The notes below the pieces were generated by a model. It searched no databases. It was not told the origin of the DNA and saw only the letters and a program-made list of their open reading frames with translations. A stretch of DNA of 64,000 nucleotides from Antedon mediterranea (Eukaryota > Animalia > Echinodermata): assembly GCF_964355755.1 (NCBI RefSeq), contig NC_092673.1:7192001-7256000 (forward strand), read 5' to 3'. The translations under genes and the position numbers were made by a program. Positions 63,501 to 64,000 of this stretch are shown here, in pieces. Positions within the stretch are counted from its first letter, which is position 1, and each line of letters opens with the position of its first letter.

Positions 63501-64000
63501 AAAGTCTCTACAGACATTTTAGTCGCATTATGTATGCAAACATTGATATGGGGTCGAGGGTCAATTGTTGTATTTCCGGTCATTTTTTCGTAAAATGTTT
63601 CATTAGAGTAAATATAAATATGTACATTCTGAACAAGTTATTGAAAAAATCAACTCTCTAGCCTTAGTGGTTTTCGATATATAGGAACCTTTAATTTCAC
63701 CCTCTAATTTGCATATTTCATGTAACTTGTACTAATAATTTGCATACTTTGGAGGTGAGTGATACAGGTGTGATTTTGAGATCTACTAAACAGTCCTATG
63801 TTGGCTATTAGAAACCTGTATCGGAGTCATTTGAGGGCAAAACAAAGTCTCTACAGACATTTTAGTTTCATTTATATATGCAATATTGAGAAATGGGGTC
63901 GAGGGTCAAATGTCATACTTCCGGTCAATTTTTTGTAAAATGTTTCATTGGAGCAAATAGAAATATGTACATTTTGAATACGGCTGTGAAAAAATCAGCT
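60590..64000. repeat. Complex ~345-bp tandem repeat with internal inversions and a 689-bp dimer; runs off the window
   Basis: TATGCAAATTA landmarks occur at ~60618, 60948, 61294, 61640 and 61989 (forward). Reverse-complement units appear from ~62040, and 62740-63310 is nearly identical to 63430-64000. Confidence 0.93.
62625..62690 (-). mobile_element. L2/SINE-type 3' end inserted in the satellite
   Basis: A (TAA)n tail followed by GATTTATATAGCGCCTAATG...CCTCTAAGCGCTG, the inverse of the fragment at 45030. Confidence 0.6.

Noticed and set aside
1313-63661. The remaining 60-125 aa ORFs in the track
   Set aside because: They have AT-rich compositional bias, many non-ATG starts, no domains and no consistent splice structure.

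Overview
AT-rich, intron-containing animal DNA. It is probably an invertebrate deuterostome such as an echinoderm, which is an inference from Deu/Nin-type SINE cores and vertebrate-like proteins. Three + strand genes can be built by hand with in-phase GT-AG junctions. (1) An NR5A nuclear receptor (FTZ-F1/SF-1/LRH-1 family) has four common exons at 23610-26629 and three candidate alternative first coding exons (7059, 20587, 21755), all ending in phase 1. (2) NRARP is a single exon at 40474-40830 with many CSL/Su(H) motifs nearby, including a dense cluster at 35885-35979. (3) PRPF38B has 7 coding exons at 51727-57202 and a candidate NMD 'poison' exon at 54567-54642. The rest consists of MITEs (Harbinger-like with TTA/TAA TSD, Kolobok-like with TTAA TSD), tRNA-derived SINEs, L2/CR1-type LINE 3' remnants, several minisatellites, a 24-bp palindromic satellite and a ~345-bp satellite with internal inversions. 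The most unusual observations are tiny CA..TG palindromes resembling P-element excision footprints, a splice donor that is also a perfect NR5A site, the poison exon with an atypical donor, and a satellite whose length variants all preserve reading frame. There is no prokaryotic or CRISPR content. All calls were made by eye with no database searches, and family assignments rely on remembered consensus sequences.
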